A DNA stretch of 64,000 bases from an uncultured Chloroflexia bacterium. Lineage in GTDB: Bacteria > Chloroflexota > Limnocylindria > Limnocylindrales > CSP1-4. Location of the stretch: positions 186,791-250,790 of the forward strand of contig CAVQIZ010000002.1 in assembly GCA_963712735.1 (NCBI GenBank). The letters are read 5' to 3'. The translations under genes and the position numbers were made by a program. Of this stretch, positions 1 through 11,024 are shown one piece after another. The notes beneath the pieces are model-generated. The model saw nothing but the letters and a program-made list of their open reading frames with translations, had not been told where the DNA came from and did no database searches. Position 1 is the first letter of the stretch. Each line of letters begins with the position of its first letter.

Positions 1-208
1 CGAAACGCCGGGCTGGGTCGGCGATGCCGCCGGTGCGCTCATGCTGGTAGACGGTGGCGCCCATGCGTTCGGCGATGGCGGCGGTGTCATCCTCGCTGTG
101 CTGATCGACCACGATGACCTCGTCGCACCACGGCAGCAGGGTGGACAGCGCGTAGTGCAGCTGGTGGGCCTCGTTGAGGGCGATGATGACGCCGCTGATC
201 CTGGCCAT
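1..208 (-). CDS. glycosyltransferase family 2 protein, 5' part only (gene continues past window start)
   Basis: Minus-strand translation from ATG 208..206: MARISGVIIALNEAHQLHYALSTLLPWCDEVIVVDQHSEDDTAAIAERMGATVYQH... GT-A N-terminus, paralogous to the next gene. Confidence 0.6.
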   Translation of the reverse strand, partial: MARISGVIIALNEAHQLHYALSTLLPWCDEVIVVDQHSEDDTAAIAERMGATVYQHERTGGIADPARRF

Positions 209-210
209 GG

Positions 211-1116
211 CTAGAACTGCACCTCGCCGACGGCCTTGGGGGCCTTCTTCAGGCGCTCCAGCTCGGACGAGTCGATGGGCGCCAGCTCCGGAACGTGCTC
301 GAGGCCCAGCATCTGCTCCTTGAGGCGCTGGTACTCCCGCGCGCGGCCCCGTGAGGCCAGCTCGTCCCACTGCTTGGCCTGGACCAGGAAGCGGTCCATG
401 ATGCGCACGACCGAGACGGCGATGCCGGGCGCACCGTCCTTCCAGGCGCGGCCGCCGACGAACTCCTTCCAGGCCTGCCGGAGCGCCACCCGGAACCAGC
501 GGCGTGGCCCGGGACGACGGCCCGAGCGGGCGCGCTGCCAGGCCTGCACCGTCGTGTAGCGCTGCGACTTCCAGACCACGTCGGCGATGTTGTGATAGCT
601 GAAGTGCCAGAGGCAGCAGTCGCGGTCCATGGGCAGCATGATCTCGGTCGCACCGGGCGCGGCGTGGAAGCCACCGTGCATCTCCACTCGGATGTCGATG
701 TGGTCCTTGTGGAAGAAACGGCGCTTGGCGTTGGGCCACCACTGGCCGTGCTCCATCTCGCGGCCCAGGATGATGTTGCGCCGCGGGATGCGCACGACGT
801 TGGCCTCACCGGTCTCAGCGATCTGGCGCAGGCGCCGCCCCAGCGTCGGGTGCACGACCTCGTCCGAATCGAGCACCATGACCCAGTCGTGCTCGGTCAT
901 GGCAACCGACATCTCGCGGATGATCTCGACGTAGCCGGTCGCCTCCACCTCGATGACCTTGGCTCCGCAGGCGCGGGCGATGCGCTGCGTGTCGTCGCTC
1001 GACTGCTGGTCGACGACGAGCACCTCGTCACACCAGGACTTGAGCGACTCGACGGCGTAGCGGATCGTCTCCGCCTCGTTCCAGGTGTTGATGAGCCCAC
1101 TGATCCTGACGGCCAT
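211..1116 (-). CDS. glycosyltransferase family 2 protein
   Basis: 301-aa ORF; N-terminus ISGLINTWNEAETIRYAVESLKSWCDEVLVVDQQSSDDT...VLDSDE typical of GT2 (DxD); tandem paralog of the 1..208 gene. Confidence 0.75.
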   Translation of the reverse strand: MAVRISGLINTWNEAETIRYAVESLKSWCDEVLVVDQQSSDDTQRIARACGAKVIEVEATGYVEIIREMSVAMTEHDWVMVLDSDEVVHPTLGRRLRQIAETGEANVVRIPRRNIILGREMEHGQWWPNAKRRFFHKDHIDIRVEMHGGFHAAPGATEIMLPMDRDCCLWHFSYHNIADVVWKSQRYTTVQAWQRARSGRRPGPRRWFRVALRQAWKEFVGGRAWKDGAPGIAVSVVRIMDRFLVQAKQWDELASRGRAREYQRLKEQMLGLEHVPELAPIDSSELERLKKAPKAVGEVQF

Positions 1117-1151
1117 GGCTCGTCGATCGCCCTGCCGCTGCCGAAGCCGGC

Positions 1152-2255
1152 TCAGGCGCCGGGCAGATGGCGCTCTTGCGGGCCGGTGTAGATCACGTCG
1201 GGCCGGATGAGCTTGTCGGCCGCTGCCTGCTCGATAGCGTGCGCGGTCCAGCCCGCCGTCCGCGCCATGGCGAAGGTGGCCGGGAACAGGTCGGGCGGCA
1301 GGCCCACACCCTGCAGGACGGCCGCGGTGTAGTACTCCACGTTGGTCTTGAGGGGGCGGTCGGGATAGCGCTCTTCGAGCACGCGCAGGGCGACGTCCTC
1401 TACGGCCACGGCGAGCTCGAGCCAGTCAGCGATCGAGCCCATCTGCTCGGCGACTTCTCGCAGGGCGGCAGCGCGCGGATCGTAGGCGCGATAGACGCGA
1501 TGGCCGAAGCCCATCAGTCGCTCGCCGCGATCGATGGCGCCGTTGATCCATTCCTCGGCCGCTTCGGGCGATCCGATCTGGTTGAGCTGGCTCACCACCT
1601 CCGACGGGGCGCCGCCGTGGAGCGGGCCCTTGAGCGCACCTGTGGCACCGGCCACCGCGCTGGCGATATCAGAGCGAGTCGAGGTGATGACCCGCGCGGT
1701 GAACGTGGACGCGTTGAAGCCGTGGTCGGCGCCGACGATGAAGTAGGCGTCGAGCGCACGCGCGGCCGCCTCGTCGGGCACCTCACCGTTGAGCTGGTAC
1801 AGGAAGCCGGCCGTGGTGTCGAGGTCCGGGTCGGGCGGGATAGGCTCGAGCCCCTGGCGAAGACGTCCGAACGCAGCCAGTGCGGATGGGCCCATGGCGG
1901 TGATGGCGCGGGCCTGCTCAGGCGTCGGGGGCCACGCGATCCCGTTGGTGGCACCCCACACCGAGAATGCCGTACGCAGCGCATCCATCGGATGAGCGCC
2001 GGCCGGCAGGTCGCGCAGTGCAGCCACGATGGGCGCGTCCAGCGGCGCGAGTGGCAGATGGGTCTCGGATAGCCACTCGTCCGCCCACAGCAGGTGGGCC
2101 ACCTGGGCGAAGCTGCCCTTGCGCACGAGCTCACCGATGGGATAGCCACGGTAGAGCAGGCGGCCGTTGGCGCCGTCGACAAGCGACAGCGCGGTCTCGC
2201 CCGCGAGGACGCCTGCGAGACCTGGAGAGTAGGGTCGGTCGTCGTTCGTCGTCAT
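1152..2255 (-). CDS. citrate synthase (368 aa; start at internal ATG 2255 of the longer ORF)
   Basis: MTTNDDRPYSPGLAGV...GFGHRVY...NVEYYTA motifs diagnostic of citrate synthase; the upstream in-frame extension is low-complexity. Confidence 0.85.
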   Translation of the reverse strand: MTTNDDRPYSPGLAGVLAGETALSLVDGANGRLLYRGYPIGELVRKGSFAQVAHLLWADEWLSETHLPLAPLDAPIVAALRDLPAGAHPMDALRTAFSVWGATNGIAWPPTPEQARAITAMGPSALAAFGRLRQGLEPIPPDPDLDTTAGFLYQLNGEVPDEAAARALDAYFIVGADHGFNASTFTARVITSTRSDIASAVAGATGALKGPLHGGAPSEVVSQLNQIGSPEAAEEWINGAIDRGERLMGFGHRVYRAYDPRAAALREVAEQMGSIADWLELAVAVEDVALRVLEERYPDRPLKTNVEYYTAAVLQGVGLPPDLFPATFAMARTAGWTAHAIEQAAADKLIRPDVIYTGPQERHLPGA

Positions 2256-2265
2256 GGCGGGCAGT

Positions 2266-2898
2266 CTAGTGCGCCGCGAGCCCGCCCGTGGCGGCAGGCA
2301 GCGGCTCGGCCGCGCCCTCCACGCTGGCTCCCGCCCGGACCAGCTCCGCGAGAGCACGCTCGCCATCCCCCTCGGCCAGGTCGACGGCACGCACGGCCGC
2401 TGCCAGCACCGTGGTGTCCAGCCCACGGGCTCGCGCGTCGAGGCCGGTCGCCAGCACGCAGTAGTCGGTGGCGAGGCCCACGATGACCACGCGCACGGCA
2501 CCCACGGCCCGCAGCAGGCCCTCGAGCTCGGTCGGCTCGGTCTCGCCGGTCTGGGGGTCGCGCTGGGTGAAGCCGCTGTAGCCGTCCTCACCGTTGCGCC
2601 CTTTGCGCACGACCGATCCCTCCACGCGAAGGCCAGGGTGGAACTCGGCGCCCCAGGTGCCAACCACGCAGTGGACCGGCCAGATGCCGCCGTCCTTCTC
2701 GAAGTGGGGCGTCACCGGCGGGTGCCAGTCCTGTGTGTAGAACACGTGCGCGCCGGCCGCCAGGGCGGCCTCGATGTGGGCGTTGATGACTGGGACCACC
2801 TCCGCGCCGCCGGCGACGGAGAGTGAGCCGGAGGGGTCGGCGAAGTCGTTCTGGACGTCGACGACGAGGAGCGCGGTCTGGGGGTCGTAGCTGGCCAT
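2266..2898 (-). CDS. pncA: nicotinamidase/pyrazinamidase (isochorismatase family)
   Basis: LLVVDVQNDF...VFYTQDWHP...VVIVGLATDYCV matches the PncA/isochorismatase-fold catalytic core. Confidence 0.75.
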   Translation of the reverse strand: MASYDPQTALLVVDVQNDFADPSGSLSVAGGAEVVPVINAHIEAALAAGAHVFYTQDWHPPVTPHFEKDGGIWPVHCVVGTWGAEFHPGLRVEGSVVRKGRNGEDGYSGFTQRDPQTGETEPTELEGLLRAVGAVRVVIVGLATDYCVLATGLDARARGLDTTVLAAAVRAVDLAEGDGERALAELVRAGASVEGAAEPLPAATGGLAAH

Positions 2899-3056
2899 GA
2901 GGTGATGCTAACCCGGCGGGGCCTTCGGACCGTGCGAGCAGGCCCAAGCCCGTGCGTGAGCGCGCGCAAGGACGAGGTCGAGCTGGGCTAGCATCGCTGG
3001 ACGTGCCACCCGCCCGACCGATCACACGCTCGACCAACGATACCCAGACTTGGGCG

Positions 3057-4040
3057 ATGTTCCTGTCCCTGGCGGCGATCTGGGGCAGCTCCTTCCTGTT
3101 CATCCGGGTCGGCCTCGATGAGGGCATCGCACCCATGACCATCGTGAGCCAGCGGACCTTCTTCGCCAGCCTGCTGCTGGGCGCGGTGCTGCTGGCGCGT
3201 GGCGGCCGGCTGCCGCTGCAGTGGAACGTGTGGAAGCGCATGACCTTCATGGGCGTCACCAACATCGTCGTGCCCTTCGCGCTCATCGCCTGGGGCCAGC
3301 AGTACATCCCGTCGGGCCTGGCCTCGATCCTCAACGCCATGGTGCCGCTGTTCACCATCCTGCTGGCCGCGGTCGCCCTGGCCGATGAGCACATCACCGC
3401 CGCCAAGCTGGCCGGCCTCGGCATCGGCTTCGGCGGCGTGATCTTGTTGGCTCTGCCCAGCGTGGATGCGGCCCGCGTGGACGAGGACGCGCTGCTGGCG
3501 CTGGCGGGAATGCTGGCGGTCGCCCTGGCGGCCGTCTTCTATGCGGTGGCGTCGGTGTACACGCGGCGGCGTCTCAGCGGGCACGCCATCGTCCGGCTGC
3601 CCGACGGATCCCGCCGCGCTCCCACGCCGGCCGAGATCTCGTTCGGCAGCGCCTTCAGCGCCTTCCTCATCATCACCGTCATGGCCGTGGTCTTCGAGCG
3701 TCCAGCGGGCGGGCTTTATGCCCTTCCGGCGAGCGGTGCCGGCTGGCTGGCGATGATCTGGCTGGGTGCGCTCGGCACGGGTGTCGCCTACCTGCTGTTC
3801 TTCCGGCTCATCGAGCGCTGGGGTGCCACGCGCACCACCCTGGTCACCTACGTGATCCCGGTGGTGGCCATCGCGCTCGGCTTCATCTTCCTGGGCGAGC
3901 GGCTACGCCCGCTGGAACTGGCCGGCGCGGCGCTCATCATCGGCGGCGTGGTGCTGGTCAATGCCAACGTCGGGCAGCGGCCGCTGTTCGGCCGCGCGGC
4001 CGCTGAAGCGCGCGCAGAGACGAAGGTGGCGATCGAGTAG
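3057..4040 (+). CDS. DMT-superfamily (EamA-like) transporter
   Basis: Start at ATG 3057 (MFLSLAAIWGSSFLFI...); ~10 predicted TM helices, two EamA-like halves. Confidence 0.7.
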   Translation: MFLSLAAIWGSSFLFIRVGLDEGIAPMTIVSQRTFFASLLLGAVLLARGGRLPLQWNVWKRMTFMGVTNIVVPFALIAWGQQYIPSGLASILNAMVPLFTILLAAVALADEHITAAKLAGLGIGFGGVILLALPSVDAARVDEDALLALAGMLAVALAAVFYAVASVYTRRRLSGHAIVRLPDGSRRAPTPAEISFGSAFSAFLIITVMAVVFERPAGGLYALPASGAGWLAMIWLGALGTGVAYLLFFRLIERWGATRTTLVTYVIPVVAIALGFIFLGERLRPLELAGAALIIGGVVLVNANVGQRPLFGRAAAEARAETKVAIE

Positions 4041-4373
4041 CCGGGCGCCACTTCCGCCGGGAGCCACTTCGCCGGCGGCAGGTCCGCCAGCGGCAGTTCC
4101 CTCCGGGCGGGACAGCTCGACCGTGCAGGCCGCCGATGGATCGGTGGGTGCCGCATGGCGGGCAGGGGTGTCACCCGTTCCCGCCGTCTGGGATGGACCG
4201 GCAGGATCGCAGTCGGCCAGGTCGCGCTGGCCCACGTGGCGGGAACGGCCCGCCGACGAGCTCGGGGGCGGACGGGAACGGACCGGGTAGCCCGGGCAAG
4301 GCTGACCGGAACAGCCCGTTGGGCGACCCCTGAGTCCAGCCTGACAGGATCGGCCACGGCGGCCTGTCAGACT

Positions 4374-5251
4374 ATGAGGATGCAGCGATACGGCGTCGCC
4401 TCGAATGCGGGCCCCCTGCGCGACGTTGCCATGCGACGACCCGGCGCGATCCTCTCGGCCGACGCGGATGACTGGCACTACTCCAAGACCATCGACGCTG
4501 CGGCACTGCGCCTGCAGTTCGACGCCTTCGCCACGCTGCTGCAGGCGCATGGCACACGCATCCACTGGCTGGACAGCGACGACGGGGATGGCCTGGCCGA
4601 TTCCGATCTTCACCTACGACCCGTCCTTCGTCATTCCCGCGGGGGCGGTGATCCTGCGACCGGGAAAGCCGGCGCGCTCCCGCGAGGTCGAGCTGCATCG
4701 TCGCTTCTACGCCGATCGCATGCCCATCGTCGGTGCCATCGAGGCACCGGGCACGGTGGAGGGCGGAGACTGCTTCTGGCTGGACGAGACGACGCTGGCG
4801 GTGGGTCGCGGGTTCCGCACGAACATCGCCGGCATCGAGCAGCTGAGGGCCATCGTCGGCAGCTGTCGGCATCAGCGTGGAAGCCTACGACCTGCCGGTC
4901 CACCGCGGGCCCGACGCGTGCCTGCATCTGCTATCGCTGGTCAACCCGCTCGACAGGGACCTCTCGCTGGTGCACGCGCCGCTGATGCCGGTGGCGCTCT
5001 ACCAGCGCATGCTCGAGATGGGCTACCGCCTGCTGGACGTCCCGGCTGCAGAGTTCGAGGCCAGCGGTGGGTTGAGCCTCAATGTGCTGGCCACCGCCCC
5101 ACGACGCTGCCTGGCCATCGACGGCTTCCCCGACACCGCGGCGATGATGCGCGCCGCCGGATGCGAGGTGACCACCTTCGAGGCCGATGAGCTCTGCCTG
5201 CCCTGCGAAGGCGGACCCACCTGTCTCACTCGGCCGCTGTGGCGTGAGTGA
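4374..5251 (+). CDS. dimethylarginine dimethylaminohydrolase-family (guanidino-modifying enzyme superfamily) protein, reading frame broken twice
   Basis: Protein continues across three frames: MQRYGVASNAGPLRDVAMRRPGAIL... / ...FTYDPSFVIPAGAVILRPGK...GGDCFWLDETTLAVGRGFRTNIAGIEQLRAIV / ...EAYDLPVHRGPDACLHLLSLVNP...CLPCEGGPTCLTRPL; frameshifts near 4600 and 4865. Confidence 0.6.
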
Positions 5252-5987
5252 CGAGCCGGGCGGCCGCGGACGCCTCTACGCCGGCACCAGCGGCTTCGCC
5301 TACCCGGGTTGGGTGCCACGCTTCTACGCGCCCGGCAAGGCCAGCCGCAAGCCGCTCGTCGCCTACGCGGCGCGGCTGCCGGCGGTGGAATTGCACAACA
5401 CGTTCTTTCGCCGTCCTAACGAACAGCAGATCGAGAAGTGGCTGCGCGAGACCGGCCCCGCGTTCCGCTTCTGCCCCAAGGCCCAGCGAGCGACGTCGTG
5501 GCGGGCATGGTCGGAGCAGGACCCGAGCGCGTCGATCCGCTGGCTCACCGACGCGCTCGCCGGCTTCGGTGAGCGCCTGGGGGCCGTGCTTCTGTCGCTG
5601 CGCGCCACTGTCGAGCGGGACGACGCGGCGCTGGAACGGCTGCTGACCGCCTGGCCCTCCGACGTGCCGTTGGCGCTGGAGCTACTGCATCCGAGCTGGC
5701 AGGCCGAGGGGGTGCAGGAGCGGGCCGCGGCACACGGCGTCACCCTGGTCGCGACCGACCTGGAGGGCCGGGTCGAACCCGAGCTGCAGCCGGGGCCGCT
5801 CGTGTACCTGCGCCTCCGCCGCAGCGTCTACGAAGCCGCGGACCTGGAGCGGTGGGCACAGCGGCTGACACCGTACCTGCGCGCTGGCACCGACGCGTAC
5901 GTGTTCTTCCGCCACGATGAGGACGGGACCATGGCGCTCAACGCGGAGGCGCTGCTGGCCCGAGCCGGCGATGCCGGAAGGTCGTGA
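5244..5987 (+). CDS. DUF72 family protein (YecE-like)
   Basis: GTG start 5244; LYAGTSGFAYPGW...FYAPG...LVAYAARLPAVELHNTFFRRP is the DUF72 N-terminal signature. Confidence 0.7.
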   Translation: MSDEPGGRGRLYAGTSGFAYPGWVPRFYAPGKASRKPLVAYAARLPAVELHNTFFRRPNEQQIEKWLRETGPAFRFCPKAQRATSWRAWSEQDPSASIRWLTDALAGFGERLGAVLLSLRATVERDDAALERLLTAWPSDVPLALELLHPSWQAEGVQERAAAHGVTLVATDLEGRVEPELQPGPLVYLRLRRSVYEAADLERWAQRLTPYLRAGTDAYVFFRHDEDGTMALNAEALLARAGDAGRS

Positions 5988-6054
5988 GCGCGAACGGCGT
6001 AGCATGGGTGGCCGTCCCCCGAACGCCGAAGTCCACCGTCACAGAGGAGGCACC

Positions 6055-6504
6055 ATGGCCAAGCCCAAGAAGTCGGTCGCCAAGGACCTGCAGGCCACGC
6101 TCGTGGAGTTGATCGACCTGTCGTTGCTCGGCAAGCAGGCCCACTGGAATGTGGTCGGCTCGCACTTCCGCTCCATCCACCTGCAGCTGGATGAGATCGT
6201 CGATATCGCGCGCCTTTCCTCGGACCGCGTCGCCGAGCGGCTGGCCACCATCGGTGCTTCGCCCGATGGCCGCGCCGAGACGGTCGCCACCAGCAGCGAG
6301 CTGGCGCCCTTCCCGGAGGGCTTCGTCGCGGGCACTGACACGGTCAAGCTCGTCACCGCCGCCATGGAGACGATCTCCGGCCGCATGCGCGAGCGCATCC
6401 TGCGCATCGGTGACGACGACCCGGTCAGCCAGGACATCCTCATCGGGACGAGTGACGAGATCGAGAAGGCGGCCTGGATGCTGCGCGCCCAGCTCGAGCT
6501 GTAG
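6055..6504 (+). CDS. dps: Dps-family DNA-protection / ferritin-like protein
   Basis: ATG 6055 preceded by AGAGGAGG; MAKPKKSVAKDLQATLVELIDLSLLGKQAHWNVVGSHFRSIHLQLDE is the Dps ferroxidase region. Confidence 0.85.
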   Translation: MAKPKKSVAKDLQATLVELIDLSLLGKQAHWNVVGSHFRSIHLQLDEIVDIARLSSDRVAERLATIGASPDGRAETVATSSELAPFPEGFVAGTDTVKLVTAAMETISGRMRERILRIGDDDPVSQDILIGTSDEIEKAAWMLRAQLEL

Positions 6505-6552
6505 CGCAGCCTCAGCTGTCGCGCAGCTGGCGCCTGAGGCGCCGAGACGAAC

Positions 6553-6586
6553 GAAGCGGCGCACCGTTGTCCACGGGCGCCGCTTC
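6553..6586. terminator. candidate bidirectional intrinsic terminator hairpin between convergent dps and RTX-repeat gene
   Basis: Perfect 10-bp inverted repeat GAAGCGGCGC-N14-GCGCCGCTTC, 48 nt after the dps stop and 43 nt before the convergent gene's stop; no U-tract (common in high-GC genomes). Confidence 0.5.
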
Positions 6587-6628
6587 CTCGTCTGTGGCGA
6601 TGCCGGCCGATCGCGCCGGCTCAGGCGC

Positions 6629-7120
6629 TCAGCAGCTGTAGCGCCGCTCGATCTGGCGGCAGGTGTCGGAGCCGGGGCCGCCCTTGCCCTCGTCGAAGCC
6701 CGGGCCACCACCGAGCACATCGCTACCGCGGTGGCCGTAGAGCTCGTCGTTGCCGGTGTTGCCGTAGACGCGGTCGTTGCCGCCCTGCCCCTCGAGGTCG
6801 TCGTTGCCGCCGCCGCCGTAGACGCGGTCGTTGCCCGCGCCGGCCTCGACGTCATCGTTGCCGGCCCCGGCGCAGATCAGGTCGTTCCCGCCGCGACCGT
6901 AGATCTCATCATCGCCGCCACGGGCGACGATGACATCACGGCCGTTGGTGCCCTTGATCTCCTCGGAGGCGTTGGTGCCCACGATGGTGGCGGCCACGCC
7001 CTTGCACGTGAAGGTGGCACTGGGCTCGAGATCGGACGCCGCAACGGCCGTGGCGCCGACCAGCATCGCCACCGCGAGGCTGATGCTCGCCGCGGACGCC
7101 CGCATCGAACGTGTCGTCAT
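6629..7120 (-). CDS. small secreted protein with hemolysin-type (RTX-like) calcium-binding GGxGxD repeats
   Basis: N-terminal signal-peptide-like MTTRSMRASAASISLAVAMLVGATAVAAS, then repeated GGDDEIYGRGGNDLI / GAGNDDVE / GAGNDRVYGGGGNDDLEGQGGNDRVYGNTGNDELYGHRGSD. Confidence 0.65.
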   Translation of the reverse strand: MTTRSMRASAASISLAVAMLVGATAVAASDLEPSATFTCKGVAATIVGTNASEEIKGTNGRDVIVARGGDDEIYGRGGNDLICAGAGNDDVEAGAGNDRVYGGGGNDDLEGQGGNDRVYGNTGNDELYGHRGSDVLGGGPGFDEGKGGPGSDTCRQIERRYSC

Positions 7121-7289
7121 CTTCGAGGTTCCTCCTGCTCACGCCGCCCCCTCCTCTGCCCCGGCAGCTCCGCGGGCACGAGCGGCACAGTGCTGATGAT
7201 ACGAGGAACGCCGTGACGACGGCCGCGACAGCGTCGCCAGCGTTGTTGACCATGGGTGGCGCCGGAGACTCGCTCGAGACTCGCTCCTA

Positions 7290-8454
7290 TCAGGCGAACG
7301 ATCGCGCCAGCAGGCCGATGATGGCACCGGCGAGCAGCAGCGGCACCGGGCCCACGCGCCCCCACAGGAGTGCCGCGAAGGCGCCTCCTGCCAGGGCCGT
7401 CGCGAGCAGGTCGACGCCGCCGGCGTCGAACAGGGCGTCGCGCGCGAGGATGACCGCCGATGCGCCGATGAGGCCGACCGCGGCTGCGTTGAGCCCGTCG
7501 ATGGCGGCTGAGAGGTCGGCGTTGGCCCGGATGCGCGGCAGGAACGGGTGCGCCACGCCGACCAGCACGAGCGCCGGCAGGAAGATGCCGACGGTGGCCA
7601 CTATGGCGCCCGGGACCCCGGCGATGAGGTAGCCCAGGAAGGTCGCCGTGGTGAACACCGGCCCGGGCGTCAGCTGGCCGATGGCGATGGCATCGAGCAG
7701 CTCCTGCTCGCTGATGTAGCCCGGCGCCACCAGCTCCGAGCCCAGGAAGGCCACCAGCACGTAGCCGCTGCCGAAGACCACCAGGCCCATCTTCAGGAAC
7801 GACCAGAAGACGCCCACGAGCCCCAGGCTGCGCGGCCGTGGCCGCGGCGCCGACGACGAGCGACTCCGGCGAGCCCAGCGGCAGCAGGACCAGCGCCGCT
7901 CCCCCGCGCAGGCGCTCCCAGAGCGCCGGCCCGCGGCGTGCCGCCAGCGCTACCAGCGCAGCCGCCACGAGGATGGCGATGGGCTGCAGGACGACGAGCG
8001 CAACGAAGAAGGCGCCGATGCCGATGAGCCAGGTCAGCGCGTCGGTGCAGGCCGTCGGTGCCAGCTTGACCATGGCATGCGCGATGACAGCGATGACCAC
8101 CGGTGACATGCCGTAGAGCAGATCGTTGACCCAGGCTAACGAACCCAGCTCGGTGTAGACGATGGCGATGGCCAGCACGATCAGGCTGGCGGGCGCGATG
8201 AAGCCGAGGGCGGCGACGAGGAGGCCGGGCCAGCGTGCGCGCTCGAAGCCGATGCCCAGCGCCACTTCCGTGGAGGACGGACCGGGCAGCAGGCTGGAGA
8301 GACCGAGCAGATCGACGAACCGCTCGCGCGACAGCCACGCCCTCCGCTCCACGAACTCGCGCTGCATGATCGCGATGTGCGCGGCGGGGCCGCCGAAGGC
8401 GGTCAGCCCCAGGTGCGTGAACGCTCGCGCCAGCTCCCACAGGCGTGGCTGCAT
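7290..8454 (-). CDS. chrA: chromate transporter ChrA, frameshifted once near 7815
   Basis: N-half LWELARAFTHLGLTAFGGPAAHIAIMQREFVE... in one frame (8454 down), C-half MGVFWSFLKMGLVVFGSGYVLVAFL...QLTPGPVFTTATFLGY in another (7817..7290); both are ChrA signatures. Confidence 0.7.
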
Positions 8455-8520
8455 CGGTTCAGGCGAGCGACGAACGTGGTCACGGGCCGGATGGTACGGC
8501 ACAGGACGGCACAGAGACGC

Positions 8521-8548
8521 TTGACACCTGGTTCTCGAGTGCTAGGCT
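8521..8548 (+). promoter_or_regulatory. candidate sigma70-like promoter (TTGACA-N16-TAGGCT) for sorC and the microcompartment operon
   Basis: TTGACA at 8521..8526, TAGGCT at 8543..8548, 30 nt upstream of sorC ATG; direct repeats ATGAGCA x2 between promoter and start could be an operator. Confidence 0.3.
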
Positions 8549-8577
8549 TGCTGCATATGAGCAGGTGCATTGCTCGA

Positions 8578-9565
8578 ATGAGCACGCCCGCAGCCACCGC
8601 TCCGGACGCCGTCTCGGAAGACACGCGCCTGATGCTTCGGGCCGCGCAGCTCTACTACCACGGCGAGCTCACGCAGGACGCCATCGGCAAGCGCCTCGGC
8701 GTGAGCCGCTTCAAGGTCGGCCGACTGCTGGAGCGTGCCCTGCGCGAGGAGGCGGTGAGGATCGAGATCGTCCACCCGGCGTCACGACTGGTGGCCCTGG
8801 AAGACGCGCTCCGCGAACGCTTCGGCCTCGGCGAAGCCATCGTGGTGGACGTGCCCGCCGGAGGCGACCAGGCCGAAGACGAGCAGCTGGCGCGTGAGCG
8901 CGTCGCGGCCGCGGCCGCCGACCACCTGGCATTCGTCCGGCCGCAGGGCGTCATCGGCGTCTCCTGGGGTCGCACCATGCTGGAGCTGGCAGCCCGCCTG
9001 CAGCCGGGCTGGACGCAGGCCAGCCAGATCGTGCAGCTCAACGGCGCCATCTCGCGCTCGGCGCAGCCCACCCGCTACCAGGACGTGGTGGAGCGCTTCG
9101 GCAGCACCACCGGTGCCGGCATCCAGCTGATGCCGGCGCCGGCGATCGTCGGCAGCGCCGAGCTGCGGCGCGCGCTGGAGGCCGACCCGGCCGTCAGCCA
9201 GCCGTTGAAGGCCGCCCGCCGCGCCCCCACGGCCATCTTCGGCATGGGCGTCATGGGGCCCGAGAGCGTGCACGTGGCCTCCGGCTATCTCGATGCCAAG
9301 GCCCTCCGGCGGCTCGAGCGGGCCGGCGCCGTGGGCGACGTGCTGGGCCGCTTCATCACCATCGAGGGGCGCATCGCCCTGCGCGGTCTCGATGCACGCA
9401 CCGTCGGGCATGCCCCTCGACGAGCTGCAGGGCAAGCGGCTCACGCTGGGCCTGGCTGCCGGTCCCGGGCGCGGACCCATCGCCCTGGCCGCGCTGCGCG
9501 CAGGCTGCATGAACACCTTCGTGACTGACGAAGCCACGGCCGAGTGGGTGCTCGAGCATGACTGA
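8578..9565 (+). CDS. SorC/DeoR-family sugar-binding transcriptional regulator (frameshift near 9410)
   Basis: HTH LTQDAIGKRLGVSRFKVGRLLERA plus SorC sugar-binding domain (GVSWGRT...GMGV...); C-terminal 45 aa (MPLDELQGKRLTLGLAAGPGRG...[15 protein letters not shown]) lie in the +1 frame. Confidence 0.75.
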
Positions 9566-10136
9566 CCAGCGCAGCCCTTCGGCCGATGAGGTGCGGGCGC
9601 TGGTGCGCCGCATCGTCGATCAGACGCTCGAGACGAGCGCGCAGCCAACGCCAGCCGCACGACGGCCGGGTGGTGGTGGCCATCGCCGGCGACCACGGAG
9701 GCTGGCGCATGAAGGACGCCATCGGCAGCTGGCTCACGGAGCACGGCTACGGGGTGCGGGACTGCGGCACGGATAGTGACGAGGCCGTGGACTACCCCGA
9801 CTACGCGCTGGCGGTGGCCCGGCTGGTGGCCGATGGTTCGTGTCGCTGGGGCATCGTCGTCGACGGCGCCGGTATCGGCTCGGCCATGGCGGCCACCAAG
9901 GTGCCCGGGGTGCGTGCCGCCAACTGCCACGACCTCTCCTCGGCGCGCAACAGCCGCGAGCACAACTACGCCAACGTCCTCACCCTGGGCGCCGGCTTCC
10001 TGGGCACGGCCCTGGCCCTCCAGATCGTGGAGACCTGGCTGGCGACCGACTGGGGTGCCGAACGACACGGCGCCCGCGTAGACAAGATCACCGCCATCGA
10101 GCGCTCCTACAGCGGCGCCAGCGAGGGAAAGGACCG

Positions 10137-10140
<4 letters not shown>
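9558..10140 (+). CDS. rpiB: ribose-5-phosphate isomerase B-family (RpiB/LacAB) enzyme with N-terminal encapsulation-peptide-like extension (frameshift ~9660)
   Basis: ATG 9558 overlaps the sorC stop; [34 protein letters not shown] (amphipathic helix + linker) in one frame, then [33 protein letters not shown]...ANCHD (RpiB core) in the next; shift inside GGTGGTGGTGG. Confidence 0.75.

Positions 10141-11010
<870 letters not shown>

Positions 11011-11024
<14 letters not shown>

Noticed and set aside
592-2072. Long plus-strand ORFs (592..1191, 1167..2072, 2094..2826) overlapping the GT2 and citrate synthase genes
   Set aside because: Antisense to well-supported genes; translations are Arg/Ala/Gly-rich low-complexity typical of GC-driven spurious ORFs
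8455-8577. Possible SorC operator (ATGAGCA direct repeats, near-palindrome TGCTGCATATGAGCA) between promoter and sorC
   Set aside because: Too degenerate to call from a single sequence; kept only as a note under the promoter feature
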